Source: Leucoraja erinacea
Lineage: Eukaryota
Direction: 5' to 3'
Length of the DNA: 64,000 bases
Assembly (NCBI RefSeq): GCF_028641065.1
Contig: NC_073404.1
Span: 12,586,001-12,650,000, forward strand
The translations under genes were made by a program, and so were the position numbers. The notes beneath the pieces were generated by a model. The model was not told the origin of the DNA and made no database searches. It saw only the letters and a list, made by a program, of their open reading frames with translations. Shown here piece after piece: positions 25,601 through 39,000 of the stretch (the first letter of the stretch is position 1; each line of letters begins with the position of its first letter).

Positions 25601-28600
25601 AGTAGTCTATAATAGAACTCTACTACTTGGACTAAGAAACTTCGACTTTTCCGTAAACCTTTCTGGAGTAACACTGGCATTGGAACCCGAGGCACTGTGC
25701 GAGCTAGGCATCCTACACCGGCAAGACCCAGGGGCCTGCAAGGCAGCGGACTCTCCTCCCATCACAGGTCGACACTGGAGGCGACACTGGAGGTGGTGCA
25801 CACGGCGTGTGAGACCTAGCTAGCGGCACAAGCGGTGTGTTAGACCTAGAACGCGGGGCAGCCAAGAGGGTATCAGCGCCAGGCTAAACGTTAACCCCTA
25901 CAGACCTGCACTTCCTTCTATTCTGCTGTCCAACGTTCGTTTGCTGGAAAACAAAATGGACTACCTTAGACTGGATCTAATTACACAAAGAAAGGTCAGA
26001 GACTGCAACGCCATCATCCTCACAGAGACGTGGCTCAACAACTCCGTTTCGGACAACGCCATTCAGCTGGACGGACTAACAACATTCCGGGCGGACAGGA
26101 GTCATGCTCTCAGCGGTAAATCTCGGGGGGGTGGTTTATGCATTTTCATCAATAACAACTGGTGTACAAACGCCGAAACTGTGTCAAGCCACTGTTCTGA
26201 GGATATAGAATTTCTGACAATTAAATGCCGACCATTCTACATGCCAAGGGAATTCACAGCCATCAACATCACAGCTGTGTACATTCCATCCAGTGCAAAC
26301 ACAAAGGATGCACTGTCTATATTGTATCAGTCGGAACTCTAACCCGGACTCTGTCTACATAATCGCTGGCGATTTCAATCAGGCCAAACTGAAGACAGTA
26401 CTACCACATTTATTACAAACATGTGAACTTTGCAACCAGGGGAAATAACATACTCGACCAAGTCTACACCAACATCAGACAGGCATTCAGAGCTGCTCCC
26501 CATCCCCACCTGGGGAACTCAGACCACCTCTCTGTTATGCTAATTCCAGCTTACAGACCTCTATTGACCAGGAGTAAGCTGTCTGTGAAGCAGATCAGAG
26601 CATGGCCAGAGGGAGCCACCTCAGCTCTCAAAGACTGTTTCGACTGCACAGACTGGACCGTTTTTAGGGAGGCTGCCACTACCAACCATCATGTCAACTT
26701 GACGGAATGCACTGAATCTGTGACTGGATATATATTCAAATGCATGGAAGATGTGATCGTCATCAAAAACATCACCACGAGGGCCAACAACAAACCGTGG
26801 TTCACCAGGGTGGTACATGAGCTCCTGAGAGCACGGAATGCTGCTTTCAAGTCCGGGGACAAAGACGCCCTTAGTACTGCTAGGGCCAACTTGAACCGGG
26901 GCGTGAGAACAGCCAAGCGTGTCTATGGGCAGAAAATTCAAGCACACTTCACAGACACTAAGGACCCCAAGCGCCTGTGGCAAGGCATCCAGCCTGTCAC
27001 CGGCTACAGGCTAACACCCCCACCGTGCGAGGACAACACAGACTTCCTCAACACACTTAACACCTTCTTCAACCGGTTTGAGTAGGACAACACCACCACA
27101 CCAACAAAAGCCCCTCCCTGCCCAGATCATGAAGCACTTCACCTGGACCCAGCTGATGTGCGGAGGACCCTACTCAAGGTGAACCCCTGAAAAGCTGCAG
27201 GTTCTGACAACATACCGGGGCGTGTGCTCAGAGACTGTGCTGACCAACTCACAGAGGTTCTTACGGACATCTACAACACCTCTCTGAGCCAAGCCATCAT
27301 ACCAGCATGCTTCAAAGCCACCACCATCATACCGCTACCCAAGAAATCCCCAGCCTCAACACTGAACGATTACCGGCCCATAGCACTCGCGTCCATCATG
27401 ATGAAGTGCTTTGAAAAGTTGGTCAAGGCCCACATAACATCCAGTCTCCCCTCTACACTTGACCCATTACAGTTTGCGTACCGTCCCAACCGTTCCACTG
27501 ATGATGCCATAGCAACAGCACTCCACCTAAGCCTGGCTCATCTGGAAAACAATAACAGTTACGTGCGGATGCTGTTCATCGACTTCAGCTCCGCCTTCAA
27601 CACAGTCATCCCCCAACACCTGGTGAATAAACTCGGCGAAATAGGCATCAGCACCCCACTATGCAACTGGTTATTGGACTTCCTCACTGACAGACCACAG
27701 ACGGTAAGAGTTGGCAAAAACTCATCAGAGACCACCATCATGAACACCGGGGTCCCACAGGGATGTGTGCTGAGCCCTCTGTTGTTCACGCTGATGACAC
27801 ATGACTGTTGTGCCAAACACAATTCGAACCACATCATCAAGTTCGCTGATGACACAACAGTGGTGGGCCTCATCAGCCACGATGACGACTCTGCCTACAG
27901 AGAGGAGGTACAACAACTCATCAGCTGGTGTGACATCAATAACCTTCAACTCAATGTCAATAAAACAAAAGAAATAACTGTGGACTTCAGGAAGAAACAG
28001 ACAGCACACACCCCACTCACCATCAATGGCAGTGCAGTGGAGTCTGTGAAAAGCACCAAGTTCCTGGGAGTGCACATCACAGATGATCAGACATGGTCCA
28101 CCAACACCATCTCCCTAGTCAAGAAAGCACAGCAACGCCTCCACTTCCTTCGACGGATGAGGAGAGCCGACCTCCCCCCCCTTCTGCCCTCACCACTTTT
28201 TACAGGGGTGCCATTGAGAGCATTCTTACCAGCAGTCTCTCAGTCTGGTATGGCAGTTGCTCTGCTGCTGACCACAAGGCACTACAGAGAGTGGTGAGGA
28301 CAGCAGAGAAGATCACCAGATGACCCCAACCTGCAATACAGGACTTATACCCATCTCGCTGTCGCAAGAGAGCAACCAATATCATCAAAGACACCACCCA
28401 CCCAGCACACAAACTGTTCACTCTCCTACCATCTGGCAAGCGCTACAGCAGCATGCGGAGCAAAACCACCAGATTCAAAAACAGCTTTTTCCCTCAGGCC
28501 ATCAGACTACTCAACACACTCAAGAAAATTCCATGAACATTTAACTTTAACTCAATGTCTGCAGTATGCTATTTGCACTTTTCTATATTGCACCTTTATT

Positions 28601-31600
28601 ATTGCACCTTAATAACATACCTCAAAATTTTACTACAGTCTGGCACACTGTGTATATTTTAAATAATGTATATTGTCTATCTTATTGGTATATTGTCTGT
28701 CTGTGTTATAAATATTACTTGCACATTTGGAGTATGGGGAAACGCAATTTCAATCCAATTTATTTGAATTGACAATAAAGTTTACTTGAACTTTGAACTT
28801 TGAACTTTGAAACCCTCCAGGGTGCCCTCTCGAGTACCACCCTGGCACGGACGGAACCCCGGAACAGGAGCAGGCAGCATCTCCTCAGCTCCAGACATGG
28901 TCCAGAGTTTACAGCATGGGCCTGTCCCGCTTCCACCCCCGTCCAGCCTAGCGCGGCAACAGACCCAGGCCAAGGGCTAACACCGGGGGTCTCGCTAGGC
29001 GGAGAACCCCATAGACAACCTCAGACCCAATCTGGTCATCCTTCCTCACTGACATTACCAGCACCCTCCTCACTATCATTCTCTGCAATCACACAAACCA
29101 ACCTCCCGCCCACCATCGACTGCAGCTACACTTCACGCTGCCTCGGGAAAGCAGACAACATAATCATGGATCACTCATCCCCTCTTCGCTCCCTGCCTGT
29201 TGGGCAGAAGATATAAAAACTTGAAAGCACGTACCACCAGATTTAGGAACAGCTTCTTCCCCAATGTTATTAGACTACTTTATAGACCTCTCATATGCTC
29301 AGGACATATCCCCGATCTTTAAATCCACCTTGTTGCAGGCCTTGCATTTTTTTATCTACACTTTCCCTGTGGCTGTAATACTATAATTCTGTCTCCATAA
29401 TGTCTATCGTTTCTTCCCCCATCCCCACCTGTCAGTGATTTCCAGGCATCCACCACTGTGTGTAAATATACACATCTTCTTTAAACTTTGCCTCTCTCAC
29501 CAATGCCCTTGAGATGGGTGGTGCAAAAGTCCGCAGATGAGGCATAGGTCAGGGTTGGAGATGGTATGGGGCAAAGGTCAAGGGCAGATGGGCTGGGGCA
29601 AAGGTCAGGGTTGGAGACAGGATGGGGCAAAAATCAGGGGTGTAGAGGTCAGGTTGAGAGGGGTGGACGTGGCTGGGGATGGGAGCTCTGGCTCAGACAG
29701 ACACAGCAGGGTGCTGGGCTGTAACAGTGTGAGCGGAAACACGGTCAGAATAAAAGGACCTACCATTAGAAAGGAGATGAGGAATTTCTGTAGTCAGAGG
29801 GTGGTGAATCTGGAATTCATTGCCATAGACGGCTGTGGAGGCCAAGTCAATGGATATTTTAAAGGTGAAGATTGACAGATTCGTGATTAGTAAGGGTGTC
29901 GGCGGGTATGGGGAGAAGGCAGGAGAATGGGGTTGAGAGGGAAAGATAGATCAGCCACGATTGAATGGCGGAGTAAAGTTGATAGGCCGAATGGATTAAT
30001 TCTGCTCCTATGACATGAACTTTTATGGACATGAAATTATGAAACAGGTGAGTGTGGAGGAGATTGACTGCGTCATGGTGGCACAGCGGTACAGTTACTG
30101 CCTCGCGGTGCCAGAAACCCGGGTTCAATCCTGACAACGGGTGCTGGCTGTACGGAGTTTGTACGTGTGGGTTTTCTCTGAGATCTTCGGTTTCCTCACA
30201 CACTACAAAGACGTACAGGTATGTGGGTTAATTGGCTTGGTGTATGTGTACATTGTCCCTCGTGTGTGTAGGGTAGTGCGGGGATCGTTGGTCGGTGCGG
30301 ACTCGGTGGGTCGAAGGGCCTGTTTCCGCGCTGTTTCTCTAAACTAAACAAAATACTAAGTATGAACGGTATAAACATGTGACAATAAAGTATCATTCAT
30401 TGGAGTTGAGGGAAAGATCGATCAGCCATTCAGGTCAGAGGTGATGGGCCGAATGGCCGAATTCTGTGCCTACAACTTATGAACTGCAAACTGACTGAAT
30501 CCCTGCCGCTTCCTCTCCAGGTATCGGGCTTGTCCTTGTGGCTGGGCAGCCATCTGCTGCCGCTGCAGAACCTGCCGCCGTGGGTCATCGCTGCCCTGCT
30601 CTGCCTGCTCATCGCCATCTTCACCGAGTGCACGAGTAACGTGGCCACTGCCACCCTCTTCCTGCCCATCCTGGCCTCCATGGTACGTTGCCCCCCACCA
30701 CCACCAGCGGGCGGCTGTTCCCGACACAGGGCAGGTGCGACGGGCAAGGGGGCGATCGGTTCCTCACGCTCACAATACAATAATACAATACAATACCATT
30801 TATTTGTCAGTTGAACCTCACATGACGTTCAAACGAAATTTGGTTTCTGCAGTCATACAAGAAAAGAACCAAGACACACACCAACACAATCCACACAAAC
30901 ATCCATCACAGTGAATCTCCTCCTCACTGTGATGGAAGGTAAAGTCTTGTCTCCCCCCTGCTCACCATTCTTCTCCCGATGTCATAGTCAAAGCCCCCGG
31001 CGGGCGCTAGTATGCCCCGCGGCTGTTTAAGCCGCGCCGGGCGATATAAGGCCCTGCTCCGGGTCTTGATGTTGGAGCCCCCAGCGGGCGCTAGCAAGTC
31101 CCGCGGCTGTTTAAGCCGCGCCGGGCGATGTAAGGCCCCGCTCCAGGTCACCTTCAACCCGGCAATTCGGGCGGGAGAGTTGTTGTTGCTGGTGCTCCGT
31201 AAAGCAGTCTCCCACCGGGGACCCGCGAGCTCCCGGTGTCACCATCCGCCGGAGTCGGGCCGCAGCAGCGCGCCACCGCAGCTCTCCACGCTCCGAAGCC
31301 GGCCAGCTCCACGATGTAGGTCCGCAGCGCCACCGGCTCCGTGACTTGAGCCCCCAGGTCGTTCTGGCCGGTGGCCGCCCCACGGTGCCAGGTCCCAACG
31401 GCAACGGAGACCCGACAGGGAAAAGGTCGGGTCCCCGTACAGGGAAGAGACTTAAAAGTTTCCCCCACCCACCCCCCAGAGATACACATTCAAAAACCCA
31501 CTACAAAAAAAAAGACAGACGGACTGCAGAGGCCGCTGCAACGTCGGTAGCGCCGCTCACCCACGCCGCCCACCCACGCCGCCGCTCACCTCGGGCAGGG

Positions 31601-33695
31601 TGCCCAGGTGAAGTTTATTATCACTTGTATGATTATGGTGAGGAGACACAAGGAACCACAGGCGCTGGAGTCTACAGCAAAACACAAAGTGCTGGAGGAA
31701 CTCAGCAGATCAGGCACCATCTGTGGAGGGAATGGACATACGTTTTGGTTCGGGACCCCTCTTCAAATTCAGACTCGGACTTCTTCATCTGAAGAATGGT
31801 CCCGACCCAAAATATCTTCTGTGCATTCCCTCCACAGATACTGCCTGACCCGCTAAGTTTCTACAGTTTGCAGAAGCAAAGAACTGTAGATGCTGGTTTA
31901 TAACAATTATAGACACAAAGTACTGGAGGAACTTAGTGGATCGGGCAGCATCTCTTGAGTGAAGGAATGGGTGACGTCTCGAGTCACGACCCTTCTTCAG
32001 ACTTGGATAGGTACATGGATATGCAGGGAATGGAGGGACAGGGAGGCAAGGCAGAGATTAGTTTGACGACATCGTGTTCGGCACGGACATTGTTCGCCGA
32101 AGGGCCTGTTCCTGTGCTGTACTGTTCTATGTTCTAAGCTGTGCTCCCCCTGGCAGGCCGTCTTGATCAAGTTGAACCCTCTCTACGTCATGATCCCAGG
32201 TACTCTCAGCACCTCCTTCGCCTTCATGTTGCCAGTGGCCACTCCGCCAAACGCCATCGTCTTCTCCTACGGCCACCTCCGGGTGACCGACATGGTGAGC
32301 GTGGAGGGGGGGGGGGGGGGGGGTGGGGGGGGGGGTTGGAGTGGGGGGGGGGGGGGGGGGAGGCGGTGGGAAGAGGAAGGGGTGGTGATAGTGGGAGGGG
32401 CAGTCGTAGTGGGAGGAGTGGTGGGAGGGGAGGGAGGGGGGTTGTGAATAGGCGGTCAGAGAGGGTGGGGTGTTGGGAGGGGGAGGGGCGGTGGGTTGGC
32501 AGGATACCTCTCTTTACACACCCTTAGAATATGATCAGTTATTGTATCAAACATCACGGGGAGAAGGCAGGAGATTGGGGATGAGAGGGGAAGTAAATCA
32601 GCCATGATCGAATGGTGGAACAGACTCGATGGGCCGAATGGCCTAATTCCGTTCCTGTGTCTCATGGTCTAACACACAACCTCACTGCGCCAGAGACCCA
32701 GGTTTGATCCTGAACTTGGGTGCTGTCTGCGTGGAGTTTGTCCGTTCTCCCAGAGACCGAGCTCCCCCCCCCCCCCCCCCCCCCCCCCCCCATGCATGGG
32801 AGTCTTTGTGGAGCTTTGGCATTGACCATGAGAGAGATTGGGCAGAAAATAGTCCAGGTGAGATGTGAGGAAGGGTTTTCAGACCTAGGAAGATGGTGAA
32901 ATGGATATGGAGAGGCAAAGAGGCGGTCACTGTGGGAGCCGGTTTAAGGTAATGGGCAGAGAAGGAGTAGAGAGATGTGGAGATATTTTCTCACCTGGTG
33001 ACGAGGGCTCTAGACACAGGATGGCGGGAACAGGGGGCGGCCAAAGGGGGACTTGATCATCACTCACAGTATGGAGAATACATCTTGGGCCTGAGAGGAA
33101 CTTTACACAAGGTTATTGCCATGTGCACAAGTGCGGCGAGATGCAGGTGCAATGAAAATCTAGTTTGCAGCAGCGCCACACGCAGTAACAGGCCCAGCAC
33201 CAAACCCGGAGGCACACCACTAGTCACAGGCCTCCAGTCCAAGAAGCAACCTTTGTTAAGCAACCCTCTAATTCCTTCCATGGAGCCAATTTGCTATCCA
33301 TTCAGCTATCTCTCCATCCAAAGCAGCCTACCATGTGGAATCTTGTCTGAAAGCATAAAAGGGTCCATTGGTGAGGTAGTTTGGTTCATGAACCTGATGG
33401 TTGCAGGAAAGTAGCTGATCCTGAACATGGTGGTGTGGGACTTCAGGCTTCCGCCTGGCACCATGACTCGCTGATGGCCAGCTTGGCCAGGCCTAGGAGC
33501 AACCCAACCAAGGATATCTTTAGCCCTAGGGTGGGCAGATGTTAACGAGTATTTACCTTTGTTCAGGTCAAGGCGGGGTTTGTTCTCAACCTGATCGGCG
33601 TGGTGTCGGCCACCGTGGCCATCAACACCTGGGGTCGTGCCATGTTCCATCTCGACACCTTCCCCGCTTGGGCCAACATCTCCAGCTCACTGTGA
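7169..33695 (+). CDS. SLC13A5: SLC13 family Na+-coupled citrate/dicarboxylate transporter (NaCT-like), 12 coding exons, 595 aa
   Basis: Exons 7169-7270, 10272-10400, 11855-11991, 13505-13719, 15278-15479, 16823-16945, 17255-17458, 21729-21844, 22521-22651, 30521-30682, 32157-32294, 33567-33695. All introns GT-AG with consistent phases; total 1788 nt. Motifs [64 protein letters not shown]5 rather than A2 is assigned from adjacency and same orientation as MED31, as in human 17p13. Confidence 0.93.
7280..7497. repeat. Minisatellite (GTGACCCCTGTCCTGACCCC-like unit) in SLC13A5 intron 1
   Basis: About 9 degenerate tandem copies right after the exon-1 donor. Confidence 0.8.
8255..9150 (-). mobile_element. 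CR1-clade LINE 3' fragment
   Basis: Minus-strand ORF2 C-terminus ([13 protein letters not shown]...RTRGHS) followed by a typical 3'UTR. Confidence 0.85.
10495..10780 (-). mobile_element. V-SINE (HE1-like) copy
   Basis: Reverse complement of the SINE head and core, with a (TTTAG)n-like tail. Confidence 0.75.
15520..16170 (-). mobile_element. CR1-clade LINE fragment
   Basis: Minus [40 protein letters not shown] matches the CR1 ORF2 C-terminal region. Confidence 0.85.
16314..16501. other. Assembly gap (N run)
   Basis: Run of N in SLC13A5 intron 5. Confidence 0.99.
19475..19612. other. Assembly gap (N run)
   Basis: Run of N in SLC13A5 intron 7. Confidence 0.99.
19800..20308 (+). pseudogene. 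EIF3G: Processed pseudogene fragment of translation initiation factor eIF3 subunit G
   Basis: Intronless, frameshifted match to eIF3g: [15 protein letters not shown]...GPNVATTTV...[31 protein letters not shown]...[19 protein letters not shown]...[12 protein letters not shown]. Ends early in the RRM; lies in SLC13A5 intron 7. Confidence 0.9.
20720..21355 (-). mobile_element. CR1-clade LINE fragment
   Basis: Minus [31 protein letters not shown], degenerate. Confidence 0.8.
23310..23915 (+). mobile_element. CR1-clade LINE 3' fragment
   Basis: 'attgagtataag...gaagtcatg...catttggagtattgtgtg' plus the 3'UTR shared with other copies. Confidence 0.75.
24410..25448. mobile_element. Non-autonomous AT-rich DNA transposon with TAG...CTA termini and a 7-bp TSD
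   Basis: TIRs TAGCAATGTTACAAAA / TTTTGTAACATACCTA (14/16 match); TGTCAAG duplicated at 24403-24409 and 25449-25455. Confidence 0.85.
25497..28808 (+). mobile_element. Near full-length Rex1/Babar-type LINE (APE endonuclease + RT), inactivated
   Basis: APE ([22 protein letters not shown]) and RT ([41 protein letters not shown]) split over ORFs 25941-26342, 26423-27085 and 27224-28297 by stops and frameshifts. 3' AATAAA plus (CTTTGAA)n tail; GAAAC duplicated at both ends. Confidence 0.92.
30076..30350 (+). mobile_element. V-SINE (HE1-like) copy
   Basis: tggtggcacagcggt...ccgggttcaatcctgac head, conserved core and (CTAAA)n tail. Confidence 0.8.
30774..31582 (-). mobile_element. Non-autonomous retroelement with an (ATTGT)n tail and an internal ~90-bp tandem duplication
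   Basis: CAATA repeats at the left end, duplicated 'gcccc.gcgggcgctag...gccgcgccgggcgat.taaggccc' unit, and CGCTCAC at both flanks (30767-30773, 31583-31589). Confidence 0.6.
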
Positions 33696-33844
33696 TCGGC
33701 AGCAGGGAGACGGCTGCCGTGGACGCCACTATCCGCCAGGAGCTGCTGACGGTCTGGTTAATGGCAGGAGGCCCGGGAACAATGCTACGTGGAGGTGGTT
33801 GGTGTGGGGTGTCTCGACTCACTGTCAGTGCTTGAATTTACATG

Positions 33845-33850
33845 AATAAA
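33845..33850 (+). terminator. Polyadenylation signal of SLC13A5
   Basis: AATAAA 150 nt after the stop codon. Confidence 0.7.
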
Positions 33851-35529
33851 ACAAAGTTAGTGCACCCGGGCATGTCTGTCAGCCTGCAATCCTCTCGCTG
33901 CATTTCACACAGCCACGATTCATTGAATGATGCAGCAACAATGAGGCAGGCCCTTCAGCCTACCTAGCCCCTGCTGACCGTCGATCATCCATTTAGAAGG
34001 AACCTGAGCACCCGGACAAAACCCATGCAGTCTGTCTCACAGCACCAGAGACTCTGGTTCGATCCTGACCTCAGGAACTGTCTGTGTGGAGTTTGCATGT
34101 TCTCCCTGTGGCCCTCTGGACCTTTGTGCTCCAATTTCTTCCCACATCCCAAAGACGTGCGGGTTTATAGGTTAATTGGCCCTCTGTAAATCTTGTAGGG
34201 AGTGGATGGGAAAGTGGGTTAACTAGTGTGGATGGGTGATCGATGGTCGTTGGGTTAGCTGTGTGGGTGGGTGTGTGGGTGACAGGTGGAATCTGGGGGA
34301 GATTGAATGATTCATTGAAACGCTACTATCATCTGACATTTCAGTGAAATTCTTTGTTTTGCAAACCATGCACGAAGTATGCAAAGAGTCGCCACGTATA
34401 GGACGTCGACACAGTTACAATGAGATGATGGAAAGGTTAAGAGGATTTTAAAAAACGGGATAAATTAGGATTGGTGAATGGGTTTTAGTTTTAGAGATAC
34501 AGCGGGGAAATATACCCACCGAGTCCGCACTGACCAGCGATCCCTGCACACTAACATTATTCTACACACACTAGGGATCATTTACATTTATAGGGGGGTT
34601 GCACGTAAGGTCAACGGGTCAAAGGGCGTGACGCACGAAACAGCTTAAACCTTCTGGAGTACATGGCAGCCTCCGGTATACACTGTGAACACTCGAAACG
34701 CGTACTTTCTTACCTGTTAAAAACCGTCAAAATAGTCAAGTTTTGCGCTGTAAATAATTGTGGATGGTGACTGAACCAAATGCTCTAGTATCTTTGCTCT
34801 GAACCCGAGCACCAAGGTGTAAGCGGCCGAAGGAGCGCATCCCTCGGGACAGCCCCCACTCTCCACCCGGGGTCAGCGCTGTCCGGCCATGGCCGCCCTC
34901 CGCTCCCCCTCCCCCTGTGGGCCGCACTGTCACGGGCTGTGGGTCGGCACCGCCCGGGTATACTGGGCCGGGTGGAGCGGGGCCGCGGCTCCGGGCAGCG
35001 GACACACGGGGACGAGAACCCGGCAACGTCGCCATCAGCAGCAGCAGAGTTGGGGACAGTCTGGTCCCTCCGCCCACCCAGTCACTGACCTCGCTGCACC
35101 GCACCCCCCCCCCCCCCCCCCCCACCTGCACCCCCGACCGCACCCCCCCCCCCCCCCCACCTGCACCCCCTCACCGCCCCACCCCCCCCCCCCCCCCCCA
35201 CCTGCACCCCGACCGCACCCCCCCCCCCCACTAGTTCAATGTTATCCCACTATCGCATCCACTCCCGACACGCTAGGGGGAATTTACAGAAAACAATTAA
35301 TATACAAACGTCCACGTCTTTGGGTTGTGGGATGAAACCGGAGCACCCGGAGGAAAGATCACGGGGGAGAACGTGCAAACTCGAACTCCACACACACACA
35401 GAACCCCCCCCCCCAGATCAGGATCGAACCCGGGTGTCTGGCGCTGTGAGACAGTGGCTCTTCCCTCTGCGTCACTGTTTGAAAACACTAATTACAGCAC
35501 ATTTGGGAATTGGCCAGGACGAAATTCCG

Positions 35530-36000
35530 CATCCAAAATCTGTGGTTCTTGAGCTTTGGTCTTGAGCCGGATGAACAGGCCGATCGTGGAGCCACAGACT
35601 TTATTGCGGGGTGTATCCCTCCCCGGGTGCTGCCTGTGGGTGACATTGTTTACCGAGGGGAGACTGGTGCACGCACAGAGAACCGGGTCCATGGCACGGA
35701 TCCCACCACAGTTGAGAGACTCTCCCTGCTGCAGCTTCTTCCATCTTCGTCGTGGTCTCCACCCACCGGCCAGCCTCCATCCTCCGCCTGTTCCACCGCT
35801 GAGGTTAGCTCCTTGGGCCGCGCTCTGTCAGGAACCTCTCCCTCGACCTGCCTGCCCTGGGTGGCCCTACCAGGAGCACAGCTCCACACGGCGTAGCTCT
35901 CAGGACCCTCGACACACGCACACCTCTCCACTGCAAAATCGTGGTGACCCTCGGAGAAGGGACAGCGTCTACTGGGCCTTCAGGACAAGCTCTGGGCGGC
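35530..36000. repeat. Dispersed repeat (longer copy of the 4.8-kb element, possibly RTE-related)
   Basis: Direct similarity to 4840-5045, plus a 'ccctaccaggagc...gtagctctcagg...cacacgca..cctctcca' segment. Confidence 0.6.
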
Positions 36001-37864
36001 CGGTCACCGCAGTACAACGGCGTCACCGCCCAGTACCTCACCTCTGATGGTGTTCAGGATTCAAGCCAGCATTGATCACCCATCCCTAAATACCCCTCTA
36101 CCCTGCCGCCATCTTGAAGGGCTGTGGTACTTCTGGTGAAGGTGCCCCCACTGTGCTGTTAGTGAGGGGGGTATAGGACCTTAGACCCAGTGGCGGTGAA
36201 GGAAGGGCAAGGTATCTCGGAGACAGGATGGTGTGTGGCTGAGGGGGACACTGCCGGGTGGTGGTGTCCCCATGCGCCCTCCCTTGCCCAATATGCCCAC
36301 TGCTTCACCCATAACACCCACCTGCCCTAGTAAGTACTTACGTTAAGCAATGTTGCAAGAATTTGTAACTTTCTCACCCAGAAATCTACAGAGGGCGAAT
36401 CCTTGCATGTATTGGAAGCTGAAATTGATTTTCAGTCAGTAAGGGATATGAGGCGGGGGAGGGAGAACGGACAGCAAAGCACCCCTGATCTTATTTTCAG
36501 TTTAGTTTAGAGATACAACGCGGAAACAGGCCCTTCGGCCCATCGAGTCCATGCCGATCAAGAATCCCTGCACACCAACACTATCCTACACACTAGGGAC
36601 AATTTACAATTTTACCAAGATAATTAACCTACAAGCCAGTTCGGCTTTTGGAATGGAAAGGAAACCGGAGCACCCGGAGAAAACCCATGCAGGTCACAGG
36701 GACAACGTACAAACTCAGTACAGCCAAGCTCCCGTAGTTAGGATCGAACCCAGGTCCCTGGTCGTTGCGCCACCGTGCAATGATTTAATATTCTGCCACC
36801 GTTTACCTGGGCTGTAGTCTTGCATCTCGATCAATGACCCTCCCCACTCCCCAACCGGCTCCTTCTCAATGGGGGGGGGGGGGGGGGGGGGGGGGGAGCT
36901 GAATCATGTTCCCTTATCCCCATTCATGCTCCGTGGAGTTTAGAGGAATGGGAAGTGACCTTCTTCCAATAGATAAGACACCATGATGGTGGGAGGTGAC
37001 TTAACACGGTGGATGTTGAGATGTTTTAAACAGCGGGAGAGTGACAAAGAGGGAGACAGATAAATATTTTAAAAGATTAAGAAGTTGAGAGTTTGGGGAT
37101 TTGCACAGTTGATCGTAGGGCACTTGGATCAGCCATGACCAGGTTGAATGACGGGATAGGCATGAGGGGCTGAATGGCCTGATACTGCTCAGACTGCCTT
37201 GTGGAGGCAAGATAGCTACGTAGATAGAACAGCACAGGAAAAGGCCCTTCAGCCCACAATGTCCTTGCTGAACACGATGCCAAATTAAACTAACCAACTG
37301 AGCACTTCAGGGACTGTACCCCTGCGAATGTGGGCACCTTCAGGGACTGTACCCCTGGTAGAGTCCACTCCAGAATTGGAAGATGTAATTACATTCAGTT
37401 TGAGTTTAATTCTATTACTTTTGGATTGGGAGTTCAATATTCTGTCATGAAAGGATGTCATTTGGTGCAGTTTGCTGTTACTTGTTTATTAAGGAAGCAT
37501 TAGTGTTTGAAGTGACAATCATGATGTTGATTTAACCCAGAGATACCGTAGTGTAAATATTCAGTAGTTACATGTGGCCCAACATCTGGCCATTGCAAAA
37601 CAAACAGTCCTGTGTTAACCGGATAACTAACTCGTTCCCCAGCCCAGACAGACCGAGAATTTGTCACTGTATGCTGATTCATTGGCATATCACACAGTCT
37701 GGTCCAGTACTGTCGTGTACACCCATCCGTCCCGTCCCCTGTACCATGGCCACGCAGAGCCCAGTGTCCTTGTACCCAACCGTTCCAACGGCACCTCATC
37801 CCACAGACCACACCCACACTGCCCTTCTGCTAATGACACCTCCGTAAATCCTTCCTTCCCCCAG

Positions 37865-39000
37865 AACCAGTCATCAACAAGGGAGAGCCAGTGGATGTAG
37901 TGTACCTGGATTTTCAGAAAGCATTTGATAAGGTCCCACATAGGAGATTAGTGGGCAAAATTAGAGCGTATGGTATTGGGGGTAGAGTACTGACATGGAT
38001 AGAAAATTGGTTGGCAGACAGGAAATAAAGGGTAGGAATTAACGGGTCCCTTTCTGAATGGCAGGCAGTGACTAGTGGAGTACCGCAAGGCTCAGTGCTG
38101 GAACCGCAGCTATTTACAATATATATTAATGATTTGGATGAAGGGATTGAAAGTAACATTAGCAAATTTGCAGATGACACAAAGCTGGCTGGGAGGATGC
38201 AGGGTGACTTGGACAGGTTGGGTGAGTGGGCAGATGCATGGCAGATGCAGTTTAATGTGGATAAATGTGAGGTTGTCCACCAAAAACAGGAAGACAGATT
38301 ATTAACTAAATGGTGTCAAATTGGGAAAAGGGGAAGTACAACGGGATCTGGGGGTCCTTGTTCATTAGTCACTGAAAGTAAGCATGCAGGTACAGCAGGC
38401 AGTGAAGAAAGCGAATGGTATGTTGGACTTCATAACAAGAGGAGTTGAGTATAGGAGCAAAGCGGTCCTCCTGCAGTTGTACACGGCTCAAGTGAGACCA
38501 CACCTGGCTATTGACGGAGTGCAGCCTAGTTCACGAGGTTAATTCCCGGGATGGCAGGACTGTCATATGTTGATAGATTGGAGCGGCTGGGCTTGTATAC
38601 TCTGGAATTTAGGATGAGAGAGAATCTTATTGAAACATATAAGATTATTAAGGGTTTGGACACGCTAGAGGCAGGAAACATGTTCCCAATGTTGGGAGAG
38701 TCCAGAACCAGGGGCCATCATTTAATAATAAGTGGTAAGCCATTTAGATCGGAGATGAGAAGAAGCTTTTTCACACAGAGAGTTGTGAGTGTGTGGAAAT
38801 TCTCTGCCTCACAGGGCAGTGGAGGCTGGTTCTCTGGATGCTTTCAACAGAGCGTTAGATAGAGATCTTAGGGATAACGGAGTTAAGAGATATGGAGAGA
38901 AGGCAGGAACTGGGTACTGATCGTGGATTATCAGCCATGATCACATTGAATGGCGGTGCTGGCTCGATGGGCCAAATGGCCTACTCCTGCTCCTATTGTC
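37865..39000 (+). mobile_element. CR1-clade LINE, RT to 3' end, degenerate
   Basis: [45 protein letters not shown]; typical 3'UTR. Confidence 0.92.

Larger units (their letters stand above)
24263..28860 (-). mobile_element. Tx1/L1-like LINE 3' remnant split by two later insertions
   Basis: Removing 24410-25455 and 25497-28813 rejoins a minus-strand frame ...[22 protein letters not shown]..., similar to Tx1 ORF2 C-termini, followed by an A-rich tail near 24263. Confidence 0.55.

Noticed and set aside
34590-34790. Possible DNA-transposon terminus (GGGGGGTTGCACGTAAGGTCA)
   Set aside because: No matching second TIR or TSD found.
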